Shown here one piece after another: positions 38,340 through 49,779 of a DNA stretch of 64,000 nucleotides. A model generated the notes under the pieces. It did not search any database. It saw nothing but the letters and a program-made list of their open reading frames with translations, and had not been told where the DNA came from. The number at the start of each line of letters is the position of its first letter. Position 1 is the first letter of the stretch. A program made the position numbers and the translations under genes. This stretch comes from Squalus acanthias (taxonomy: Eukaryota), in the NCBI GenBank assembly GCA_030390025.1, contig CM059431.1:126730001-126794000 (forward strand), read 5' to 3'.

Positions 38340-41300
38340 GGGCTTGATTTTGCCAGGCCCAAGGAGGCGGGATTGGAGGCATGTGAGTTGTTAAAATCGC
38401 CAAAAATGGCGGGCAGGCTTGATCCCGCCTCCATCCTACCTCCGAGCAATTTTCCCAAAAGTGTGTTTTCTGACCACCGTTCCACCCCGCCTCCAAGAGG
38501 CGGGATAGGCCCTTAAGGCCCTTAACAACCTCTATAATCCCATTTTGAGAGGCCTTTCCGATTTTTAGTCATTCTCCCCATCCCTCACGCCTCCTCTGGA
38601 ACACGCCAGGTAATGCTAGCAGCCTCACAAGTGGATGGCTGACGAACAGCTGCAGCTCCACCATTACAAAGGAGTTTTCACCAATGATCATTTGCAGGTG
38701 GCAGAACATTGTTGTTTCAGGTCTGGGGGAACTTTTAGCAAGCATACTCAGTGTTGTGGAAGTTTGGAGCCTGACACCCATCTCCAGTGTGACCTCCTGG
38801 GAAACCCCTCTCCCCACCTTGACTAAGCGCTTCCTCAACTGAAGCATATACCAGAAGCATGGCGACCATTTAATTCCTTTCCTCCTGGACATCAGATTCG
38901 GATGAAGACCAGCCGCAGCAGCAGCAGAACCATGAACAACAGCAGCACCAACAGCAGGAGCATCAACAGGAGCGCCAAGTTGCTAGTCACCCACCTGAAG
39001 ATGCATAGGCCAGAAGTCGCCAGAGCGTGACCATATTGCTGCCCGGGATGCAAGGGACACACTCAGGTTGGTCAGATTTGCTTAGCCTGTACAATCAAAC
39101 ACTTTTGCCTCGCACCTTCTTACCAGAGCATCGACAATGGACAAGAACCTGCAGATTCCTATCACTCTGACCACCATACCGACAATTGCAAGTCGCTCTA
39201 AGCCCTCAATGTGGAAGTCCCAATTGCGAAATGACACAGGCCACAACTTCAACAGTTTGCCATCAGATTTTTTTATCACAACAAGCAACTGATGGCATTT
39301 CAAAAACAAACACAACGTAACACCCAAGTGCCTACCCTTGTGATTACTTGTGCATTATCTTCCTCTTACGCGTGCTCCTACATGGTGCTTCCCCTGTGGC
39401 TTCAGCAGATGTGGAGGCCCTTTGCTCACTTTCTTGCTGCTCCTGTCTTGACACCTTTGGCGGTTGCGAATCTGTGAGGGCTCAGCAACAGTCTGCTGCT
39501 CCTGAGGCTGTGCAGGGGATGAGACGCCCATCTCAGTTGGGTGAGGACTCTGGTGGGGCTCTGACCGAGGGCTTTGCAGTGGCATGGTCGTTTGAGCGCT
39601 TGGAGAGGAGCCCCCACTTCCTTGTTGTCTGCCACCAACATCCCTCTCATGGGTCAGCCCCACTTCAAGCTAGCAAGTGGCTTGACAGCACCTTGCTGCA
39701 CTTCAGGGGGGGCATGAGGACCCGTTTCTGCACTGGAAGTCCTACTCCAGAGGACTTCCATGAAGGTCTGGTTTCTATGCTCAGTAGCTGACCATCGCTC
39801 CTCAAGAGATGCCAGTCTATTCTGAACAATGACCATGTTTTCTACACTCTGGCGACTTAGTTCCTCCATGGCCGTAGCCATCCTCTCCTCTACTGTAGCC
39901 ATCCTTTCCATGGAGGTTGCCATCCTTTCCGTGGTGATGCGTTCATGCGCCAATGCCTCCACAAAGGCTCTGCTCATGTTCGCGATGGACTCCTCCATTC
40001 GCTCGACACTCGCAGCGACCCTGGAGTCAAAACCTGCCAGAGACTCCTGTAACTCTTCCTGGAGTTCCAGCACCACTCTCCTTCTGGATGGACCCGGAGT
40101 CACAGGGTCGACATGCAGCTGAGCCGAGCTGGCAGAGTCCTGCACCCTCCGACGAGGACTCTCCACTGCTGTCCCTGTCTCCACCATCTGCTGTTGCTCA
40201 ATTGTGAGCTGTGATACACCAGGTGCCAACACTATTCTATCTCACGAAGGTCCCACCGAGGTGTGAGTGTCTGCGCTGGTGCTGGGTGCGCTGAATTCTG
40301 CTGAGGCTGCGCCCTCAGAGGTTGCAGCTTCCTCTGAGGAGTCTGGAAGCTCAGGCTCTTCCTCCTGGACAGTGGGGACAGGGGCTTTCGATGGTCCTGT
40401 GGGGGTGTAAAGGAAAGAGTTAAAGATGTGAGGTCAAGGTTACATGAACATTGAATAGTGCAGATGATCATAAGTCAACCTGTTAGAGCATCAGATTCAT
40501 TATCAGTGACTCATGCAATGTCAATGAGAGAGATGCCAAACTATTCTGACACCAGCTTGCTGCGATGCGCCCATCTGTCCATCCCCCACTTGGGAATCCT
40601 CCTCGATCTCGGCGATTTCCAGGGCTGCCTCCTCCCAGGCGGTAAGCTGGAGAACTGAGGGTGGCCCGCCTCCTGTCCTCGCTCTTTCCCTCTTATTGTG
40701 GGCTCTCTTTTCCTGCAATGAGGGACACAAGTGGAGTTTGATTGAGAATGAAGGAGTGAGTGTAGATAATCCATAGCATATATGCTTAGAAGGATACAAA
40801 GGACCATCCCTGTGTGTTGAAAGTTGTTGTTGTCATGGCATCACAGTGATAGGGCTGCATGGTCGAATAGTTAAGTGAATGTGACCTTCGAGAGAGAGGG
40901 AGTGGGTAAGGGTGCAGGCATGTAAGTGTCAAGTGGGATGTGGAGGAAGAGGTTGGCAAAGCAGAGTGCTGTTGAGGAGAGGCGATGGGGATGAGATTGA
41001 GGGTGATTGGAAAGTCATACTCACTTTTCCTGTGCGGAGAAGGTCATGAAACCTCTTCCTGCATTGCAGCCAGGTTCTGCGGCTCAGCGAAATGGAGTTG
41101 ACCTCCTGGGCCACTTGTAGCCACACAGCTTTTGTCTGCTGGGGTGGCTTTTTTCTCCCTGAGGAAGGGAACAGCACCTCCTTATTACATCTGGCTCCGT
41201 GCACCAGAGCTTGGAGGGAGGGTTCATCAAACCGAGGTGCACACTTTTGCTTGATCGTGGACATTGTCTGGAAATCAACACCTTCATACAATTTGCAGAG

Positions 41301-41544
41301 CCTTTGCAGTCTCCAGAGGAAGCAAGGCTGCTTGCAGGTCTTAAATCCAGCAGCATTGATGACATCATTGGAGGCGACTTTCTGTATGAAAAGACTCAAT
41401 GGGCCAGGTGTTCCCACACGCAGGAAATCAATTGCCCAATTAGGGGAAAATCCCACTTATTCAGCACTTCACTTAGGAGTCGGGGTCCTGACATGATTTC
41501 CACCTGACACGCCCCAGCCCGCCCACACTGTCAAAATCCAGCCC
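38340..41544. mobile_element. Harbinger deletion derivative: transposase core lost, whole Myb gene kept
   Basis: TIR GGGCTTGATTTTGCCAG / CTGTCAAAATCCAGCCC; TSD TTT/TTT; removing it restores the Tx1 ORF1 frame (EEVERL|LLSLKVG). Confidence 0.92.
39355..41264 (-). pseudogene. Harbinger Myb/SANT gene; exons 41264-41025, 40712-40553, 40396-39355; stop near 40243 and frameshift near 39670
   Basis: Trihelix WLQVAQEVN...RTWLQCRKRFHDL, RTGGG, coiled-coil ERMA repeats; same intron phases as 4911-6677. Confidence 0.82.
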
Positions 41545-43119
41545 TTTTACTGAGTTTGAAGGTTGGAGATAAGTTCTTGGCGATATCTCTGCTATATTCT
41601 GAAGAGGTGGTTGTCTCATTCTTAAACCTGCTGGTTTATATTGAGGAAGATGTGCAAAAAAAAAAGTTGGAGTTGTGGGACATTAAAATATGCTCGGCAA
41701 TAAAGAGGAGATACTATCCAGGAACGCGGGTAGCAGATGGAACCCGTTATATACAGGTGCGGTTCCCAGAGGGGGTGAAGTCATTGCCATACAGCATGAA
41801 ATTCGAAACAATGGAAGGAGTGCAGTACTTCCGGGTACTGCATGATAACTAGGTGAAGGTTTGTTATTATTGTCTTGGCACGACCAACTTGTAAGAAGCT
41901 GTCCAGACTTGTACTGTTATAACTGCGGCGAGTCAGAACACATTGCTCGGAGCTGCAGGGCCGAGAGCTGTAGGGTGTGTCACAAAGACCCCACCCACTG
42001 TAAGTGTGAGGCAGAAGGAAGCCCCTTAAGTGACGAGGAGCTGGGAGAAGGAGCGGAGGTGTGAGTGGAGCAGCTGGAGGAGCGGAGCAGGCGGAGGACA
42101 CAGCCAGCGAAAGGAAGGAGAAAAGAGCGCAGGAAGTGGCAGAAAATTGTGGAGCCGAGAACAGGATGGAGATAGTGGAAAACACACTGAGTACGGTGGA
42201 AAAGGACAAAGACAGCAGCGGGCAGCATGGGTCACGGGCAGAGTCAAGCCATAATACAGCTCGGCTCTCCATAAAGAATCGGGTGTCTGTGGGGGGAGCG
42301 GAGGTGGGAGCAGGGTAAGTGTAAGTACTCCAAAGAAAGACGGGGAGTCGGACGTCTCGGGGAGCAGGAGGGGTAATACAAGGAGAGGGTGCAAGAGGCA
42401 GGAGCCTTAAAGGGGCAGCAGGACGGGAGCAGGGAGACAAAGACGCCAGAAGGGAGCAAGATAGGTGAAGATGCGCCATTGTCCCAGAGAGAGAAGAAAC
42501 AGGGAGCAAGGGTCAGTGGTGGAGATGAGGACGAAGGGAGCGGCACTGTTGGAGAAACCGTGATAGCAGGAAGGCTCTCTCAGGGAGATTCTGGGGGCAA
42601 TTTTGCCAGCGCTCAGGAGGTGGGTTTGGAGGCGGGTCAGGTGTTAAAATGGCAAAAAATGTCGGCAGGTTCCGATCCTGCCGTCAACCCGCCTCCGTGC
42701 AACTTTGCCAAAGGCGGGCTTGCAGACTCCCGTTTGGTCCCGCCACCATGCGGCAGGATAGGCCCTTAAGGCAGTTAACTGGTTGATAACTGCCTGTGTA
42801 ATCCTATTTTGCTTGCCCTTTTAAATTTTACCACATTTTCAGCATGTTCCATGTCGTTCCCAAACCATGCCAGTTAATTGTGTCGGGTTCATAAGTGGCT
42901 GCCTTCCTGACAGCTGCAGCTCCACCATAAAAACGAAGCTTTCAACAAGGATCAGCTGCAGGTGGCAGAACTTTGTTTTTTCAGGTCTTGGAAATCTTTT
43001 TGCAGGTCTACTGATTTTGGAAGTGGTGAAGCTGAGATCCATCTCCATTGTGGCCTCCTGGGAAAACCCTTTCCCCACATTTACTGAGCGCTTCCTCAAC
43101 TGAGATATCGACCAGCAGC

Positions 43120-44333
43120 ATGGGAACCATTTATTTCCTTTCACCCTGGTCCTCAGAATCGGAGGAAGAGCAGCCATGGCAGCAGCAGAACCAGGAACAA
43201 CAGCAGCAGCAACAACAGGAGCGCCAACCTGCTGCTCACCCACCTGAAGCTGCACAGGGCAGAAGGCATCAGCGCAGGGAAGCATGTCGCCGCCGGGGAT
43301 ACCCCCAACACTGGGTTTACAGGCTGAGGAGGAGCTTCCTCAACATGAGTGAGCAGCAGTGCCAAAGGAGGCTGAGACTTTCACGACAGGTTGTCAGAGA
43401 CATCTGCTCAATGCTGCACCAACACCTGGAGCCCAGAGGAGCGGGTGGACATCCCTTACCAGTGGCTGTCAAAGTCACCACCGCACTCAATTTTTTTGCT
43501 TCAGGGTCCTTCCAGGGATCATCAGCAGACATCAGCGGCATCTCCCAGTCGGCCGCACACACTTGCATCATGCAGGTAACCAATGCCCTCTTTGCCAAGG
43601 TGCACAATTACATCCACTTCTCCATGGATCAAGCAAGTATAACCGCGCATGTGGTTGGCTTTGCAAATATGGCAGGCTTGCCAAGGGTGCAGGGCGTCGT
43701 AGACTGCACACATGTGGCCCTTAGGGTACCCTATCACAACCCAGCTGTTTTTGTCAACCGCAAGGGCTTCCACTCCCTCAACATGCAGCTGGTGTGTAAC
43801 CACAGGAAGGGCATTTTGCATGTTTATGCGAAGTACCCTGGCAGTTGCCATGACTCGTTCATCCTGCGGCAGTCTAGTGTGCCTCCGCTCTTCAATCCGC
43901 CAAACCAACTTTCCGGATGGCTACTTGGAGACAAGGGCTATCCCCTGAAGACGTGGTTAATGACGCCGTTGAGGAGGCTATCGAACGAAGCTGAGGAGCG
44001 CTACAATGCCAGCCACATTTCAACCAGATCCATCACTGAGCAAACCTCGGCTTGCTGAAGATGCGATTCAGATGGCTTGACAGGTCAGGTGGAGCCCTAC
44101 AGTATTCAGCAGCCAGGGTCTCCAGAATCGTCGTGGTCGGCTGTGTACTGCATAACATCGCACAGCATCATGGCTTGCAGCTGCCTGAGGAACAAGTGGC
44201 TCAGCGCATAGCCTCCTCAGATGAGGAGGAGGAGGAAGACCTTGCAGAGGCGGATGCGCTAGTTCCAGCAGCACGCGAGCACATTGCTGCCCGAGATGCA
44301 AGGGATGCACTAATCGTTGCCAGATTCGCTTAA
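43120..44333 (+). pseudogene. Harbinger transposase, frameshift near 44050; N-terminal polyQ
   Basis: [44 protein letters not shown]. Confidence 0.9.
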
Positions 44334-44614
44334 GTAGACAAATGTAACAAATGTGGCTGGCACCTTCTTAACACACCATTCAGAATGGACAAGAACCTGT
44401 GGGTTCCTATCACTCTCACCACCATCATTACAAACTCAAGTCTCCCTGAGCCCTCAATGTGGAATTTCCATTTCCGAGATCACATAGGCCAGAACTTCAA
44501 CTGTTTGCCATCACTTCTGTTTAATCCATTCACAAAAGGATGACAATGTCTAAAATTATACACAACAGAACAGAACAGAACACCCAAGTGACTGCTCTTG
44601 TGACTAATTGTGCT

Positions 44615-46886
44615 TTATCTTCCTCTTACGCGTGCTTCTACGTTGTGCTTCCCCTATGGCTGCAGCAGATGTGGAGGCACCTTGCTCACTTTCATGCTGC
44701 TCCTGCTTCGACACCTTTGGCGGGTGTCCTCTGGGTTTGCGAGCCTTTGAGGGCTCACCAACAGTCTGCTCCTCCTACGTCTGTGCAGGGGCTGAGATGC
44801 CCATCTCAGTTGGGTGAGGACTCTGGCGGGGCTCTGAGCGAGGGCTACTCAGTGGCATGGGAGTGTGAGCACTTGGAGAGGAGCCCCCACTTCCTTGTTG
44901 CCTGCCACCAACATCCCTCTCATGGGTCAGCCCCACTTCAGTGCTAGCAAGTGGCTCGACAGCACCTTGCTGCACATCAGGGGGGCCATGAGGACCAGTA
45001 TCTGCACTGGCAGTCCTACTCAAAAGGACTTCCATGAAGCTCTGGTTTCTCTGCTCAATAGCTGCCCATCGCTCCTCCAGAGATGTCAGTCTATTCTGAA
45101 CATTCACCATGTTTTCCTGACTCTAGCGACTTATTTTCTCCATGGCCATAGCCATCCTTTCCACGGAGGTAGCCATCCTTTCCACGGAGGTTGCCATCGT
45201 ATCCGTGTTGGTGCGTTCATGCGCCAACACCTCCACAAAGGCACTGCTCATGTTAGTGATGGACTCCTCCATCCTCTCCACACTCGCAGTAACCCTGGAG
45301 ACAAAACCTGCCAGAGACTCCTGCACTTGTTCTTGGAGTTCCAGCATCACTCTCTTTCTGGATGGACCCACAGGCACAGGGTCGACATGCAGCTGAGCAG
45401 AGCTGGGAGCGCCCTGCGTCCTCCGACGAGGACGCTCCACTGCTGTCCCTGTCTCCACCACCTGCTGATGCTCACTTGTGAGCTGCGATACACCAGGTGA
45501 CAACACTACTCTATCTCCCAAAGGTCCCACCGAGGTGTGTATTTCTGCGCTGGTGCAGGGTGCGCTGAATTCTGCTGACACTGTGCCCTCAGAGGTTGCA
45601 GGTTCCTCTGAGGAGTCTTCTGGCTCCGCTTCTTCCTCCTGGACAGTGGGGAAAGGGGGCTGTAGATGGTCCTGTGGGGGAGTAAAGGCATGAGTTAGAC
45701 ATGTGATATTAACGTAGCATGCACATGGAATTGTGCAGATGATCTTAAGTCAATCTGTATTATCAGTCACTCATGCAATGTAAATGAGAGAGATGCAAAA
45801 CTATTCTGTCACCAGCTTGCTCTGATGCGCCCGTCTGTCCATCCCCCACTTCCAGATCCTCCTCGGCTCCAACGATCTCGGGGGCCGCCTCCTCAGCGCT
45901 GGTGAGTTGGGCTATTGAGGGTGGCCCTCCTCCTGTCTTCGCCATTTCCCTCTTATTGTGGGCTCTCTTTTCCTGCAATGAGGGACACAAGTGGAGTTTG
46001 AGTGAGAATGATGGAGTGCACGCGTGTTTTGGGGCAACACGGTGGCATAGTGGTTAGCACTGTTGCCTCACAGCGCCAGGGACCCGGGTTCGAATCCGGC
46101 CACGGGTGACTGTCTGTGTGGAGTTTGCACATTCTCCCCGTGTCTGCGTGGGTTTCCTCCGGGTGCTCCGGTTTCCTCCCACAGTCCAAAGATGTGCGGG
46201 TTAGGTTGATTTCGCTATGATAAATTGACCCTTAGTGTTGGGGGGGGATTAAATACGTGGGGTTACGGGGATAGGGTGGGATATGTGTCGGTGCAGGCTC
46301 AATGGGCCGAAATGGCCTCTATCTGCACTTTGGGGATTCTGTGATTCTGAGTGTAGAGAATCCATAGCATAGATGCTTAGAAGGACACGAAGATGGAGTG
46401 AGGTCCAAATACCAAGGACCCTCCCTGTGTGTTGTTAGTTGTTGTCATTGCATAACAGTAATAGGGAGTATGAGGGCAGCATATTCGATTAGTGAAGTGA
46501 TTGTGTACATAGAGAGAGAGGGATGGTTAAGAGTGCAAGGGATGTAAGGGTAAAGTGGGATGTGTAGGAGTAGGTTGACAATGCAGAGTGCTGGTGCTGT
46601 GAGGAGATGGGGAGCAGTATGAGGGTAAGGGTGATGGTATACTCACTTTTCCTGTGCGGACAAGGTCATTGAACCTCTTTCGGCTCTGCAGCCAGGTTCT
46701 GCCACACATCGATCTGGAGCTTACCTCCTGTGCCAATTGCAGCCACACAGCTTTGGTCTGCTGGGGAGGTTTTTTCCTCCCAGATGAAGGAAAGCGCACC
46801 TCCTTTTGACCTCTGGCTCCCTTCATCAGAGCATGGAGGGAGTCATCATCGAAGCGAACTGAGGCCTTGGGCCTTGAGCTAGACAT
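44615..46886 (-). pseudogene. Harbinger Myb/SANT gene; exons 46886-46647, 45972-45813, 45671-44615; stops at 45123 and 44775
   Basis: Collinear with 39355-41264; splice sites at matching positions. Confidence 0.82.
46031..46349 (+). mobile_element. HE1-like V-SINE inserted in Myb intron 1
   Basis: A box TGGCATAGTGG, B box GGTTCGAATCC, V-domain GTCTGTGTGGAGTTTGCACATTCTCCCCGTG, CR1-like tail; absent from the homologous site near 40755. Confidence 0.9.
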
Positions 46887-48902
46887 TTCAGGAGTAGCAA
46901 ACACTTAGCACTCTGGATGTACAGAGGGAGAAAATAAACCAAGGCTGCTTGGAGCCCTTAAATACAGCTGAATAAATGACGTCAGCAGAGGCGATTTTCA
47001 GACCCAAAAGACTAATTGGGCCAAGGTTCGCACACGCAGGGAATCAATTGCCCAATTAGGGCAAAATCGCAAATTTATCCCGCCTGACAGCGGAGGCGGG
47101 AGCGGGACCCACCGACCACCTGACCCGCACCCAACCCGCCACCGATGGCAAAATCGAGCCCTATGTATCTGACAGGGAGCAGGGATGGGAGATTACAGAA
47201 GAGCTCGAGAGTGAGGGGTCAGAGGGGGACAGAGACATGGAAGTAGGGGGTGGGGTGGCATCATGTGGAAAGGGAAATGTTAGTGAGGGGCAGAAAGAGG
47301 GAGAAGGGGCAGCTTCTCGGCCCAAACCTAATGTCAGGAAGAGGCTGAAACTGCAGGTAAGGTTCAAGCAGGAGGTGAAAAAGAGCCGGAGGCTGCAGGA
47401 GAAAGCAACAGTTGCCCAAAAAGTTGGGAAGGATCATGAGAGGAAGGAAGGGCCGAAGATTAAATGATGGGGTGATTATCAGGCACACTTCCTTTATTAG
47501 GAGCCATGATTACATTGGTCTCGATTAATGTGAACGGACTGAGGGGTGAGAAGAAATTGCAGCAGTTGTTGCAGTGTTTTAAAGGCACTGACCTGTTGTG
47601 TCTGCTAGAAACCTTTTGGGATGAGGATATCTTAGAAAGAGTTCGGATGGTTTGGAAGGGAGAGGTGTTTGCAAGTTACACAAACAATAACCGTAGAGGG
47701 GTGGCTGTTTTGGTGTGTCCGTCCATAAAAGAGAAAGTTGCCTTGGTGGACAATGACACTGAGGGGAGATTTTTACAGCTAAAAGTAAAAATGGAGGCAT
47801 TTAGTTGCGATCTCTTAAATATCTAGGCGCCGAACGACCATTGCAAGCATCACGAGTTTTTTCGGTGGTGATTCACTGAAGTGGAAGAGGAGGAAAACCC
47901 TTGTATAGTGGGGGATTTCAATGTATTTTTATCTCGGATGGACATTTCAGCCCGGATGACCTTTAACTCCAGAGGGATGTTTGTAAAAATGATGGCAAAT
48001 TTAAATTTGAGAGACTCATGGAGGGATCGGAACCCCATAAAAAGGGAGTTTTCCAGGAGAGGTTGGGTGGGTGATGTTTTAAAACAGAGCCGAATAGATT
48101 TTGTGTTAAAGCGGGAAGGGTTAAATTCTGAGGTGATGGAGATTTATTATAAAAAAGTATTTTTCAGTGACCCCTCGGCTTTGGTTCTTAAAATTAGGAA
48201 CAGCAGAGTTAAGATCAATCCAGGGGTGTAGATTTTAAACAATCAATACCTGAAAGAAATTGCTTATAAAGAAGGGATTTTAAATATAATAAAGAATGCT
48301 CTGAAGGAACCTTTATTCTTGAAAGGAAGAAGAGTTTGGTGTGACAATTTCAAATATGAGGTAAAAGTTTTCCCAGAAGAGAATATAAACAGAAGGTTTA
48401 CAGATATCTGTAAAGCAGTTGATGGAGGGGATAAGGGAGCAGAGATTAAGTGGGTGGTTTTAAAGGAAGAGTGGGAGTTATTGCAAGCTGAAAAATGCAA
48501 GTGGGCCATTCTCCGTGCAAAGGTTAAAGATGCATTGGAGGGAGAAAGATGACCTAGATATTTTCTAGAGCAAGAGAAGCTGCGACAGAGATTATCATTA
48601 ATTGAAGAGTTGAAGGTTGGGGAGAAGATCATTAATGTAAGTGGGGAGATTTTGGTGGCAGCTAGTTGATTTTATCAAGAGTTATATACAAAAGAAGGCA
48701 TTTCTAAATTGGTGATGGAGAAAGTTAGTGCTTTTATTGAAGAGGGTTTAAAGGAGGATGAGAGAAGCATGAGTGATAACGAAGTAGGATTAGCAGAAAT
48801 AAAAGTAGCAATAAGTGGAATGAAGCGGTGTGGGGGGGGGGGGGGAAGCCCAGGGTCCGACGGACTAAGTGCAGAATTTTATAAAGAGTTTTTAGAGATT
48901 TT

Positions 48903-49779
48903 GGCCAGAATTTTGCCAGCGCTCAGGGGGCGGATTTGGAGGCGGGACATCCGGCAAAATCGCAAAGATTGACAGCAGGCAGGAAACCCGCTGTCAACCC
49001 GCCTCCAATCAATTTTCCCAAATGTCGGGTCCTCGATTTGCACATGGACCCGACACCTAGCCGCGAGAAGAAGATTATAGCCACTTAACTGCCTGTTAAA
49101 GGTTGTTAACAGGCAGTTAACAGGCTCTTTTGCAATTTTGACACTTCTACTTCGGGCTTCCTGACGTCCGGACACCACGTCAGGTAAGTGTGGTGTGTTG
49201 TGAGTCTGCTGTAATGTTTCTGCATTGATGACAGCTGCAGAAGTAGTGTGAAGGATCCAGTGGTGCACTGGTGAGTTTCAGAGGTAAGAAAATGTTCGGA
49301 ATTTCATTTTTAATGCATTTAGACTTTTGTGTAGGTAACAAGTTTTCAATTGTATGTGTAGTCCCACCTCATTGGGAGAACCTCTCTCACCAATGACAGA
49401 TCGCTTCTGTAACCTCACCTGCAGCTGCCATCTGTTCTAACCTAAAGAGGGAGTCACTGGAGAGCCTGGGTTCAAGAGCTCACCTTTGTACAGTGATTGT
49501 CAGTGTTTGCAGCACCTCAATGCTGTCAAACACTGAGAAATCAGCTGTCAAAAAAAATTGTGCATGGTCCCTTTAAGAAAACCGGCAGATGACATGTCAT
49601 CAAATGACGTCATCTGACACGGGCTTCGTTTTAATTGGCCGGCAAACCCGCAGGGCAGGCTTAACAAGGCCAATTGACGTAAAATCACGTCTGTGGGCCG
49701 GATGTAGTTGGGGGCGGGACTGGAACCTGGAAGCCACCTGACCCGCTCCCAAGCTGAATCAATCGAGAAAATCGCGGCC
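48903..49779. mobile_element. Harbinger MITE in Tx1 ORF2
   Basis: TIR GGCCAGAATTTT / AAAATCGCGGCC; TSD TTT/TTT; removal restores EFLEILSPLLLEVF. Confidence 0.9.

Larger units (their letters stand above)
42593..47161. mobile_element. Full-length degenerate Harbinger (transposase on plus strand, Myb on minus strand)
   Basis: TIR GGGGGCAATTTTGCCAGC / GATGGCAAAATCGAGCCC (14/18); flanks TCT/TAT; inserted in Tx1 ORF1. Confidence 0.92.

Noticed and set aside
41556..42064. Host zinc-knuckle gene (ZCCHC3-like)
   Set aside because: It is Tx1 ORF1, with stops, followed by an EN-RT ORF2.
46031..46105. tRNA gene (also at 1305-1377 and 21270-21330)
   Set aside because: A/B boxes continue into SINE bodies and tails; no convincing full cloverleaf.
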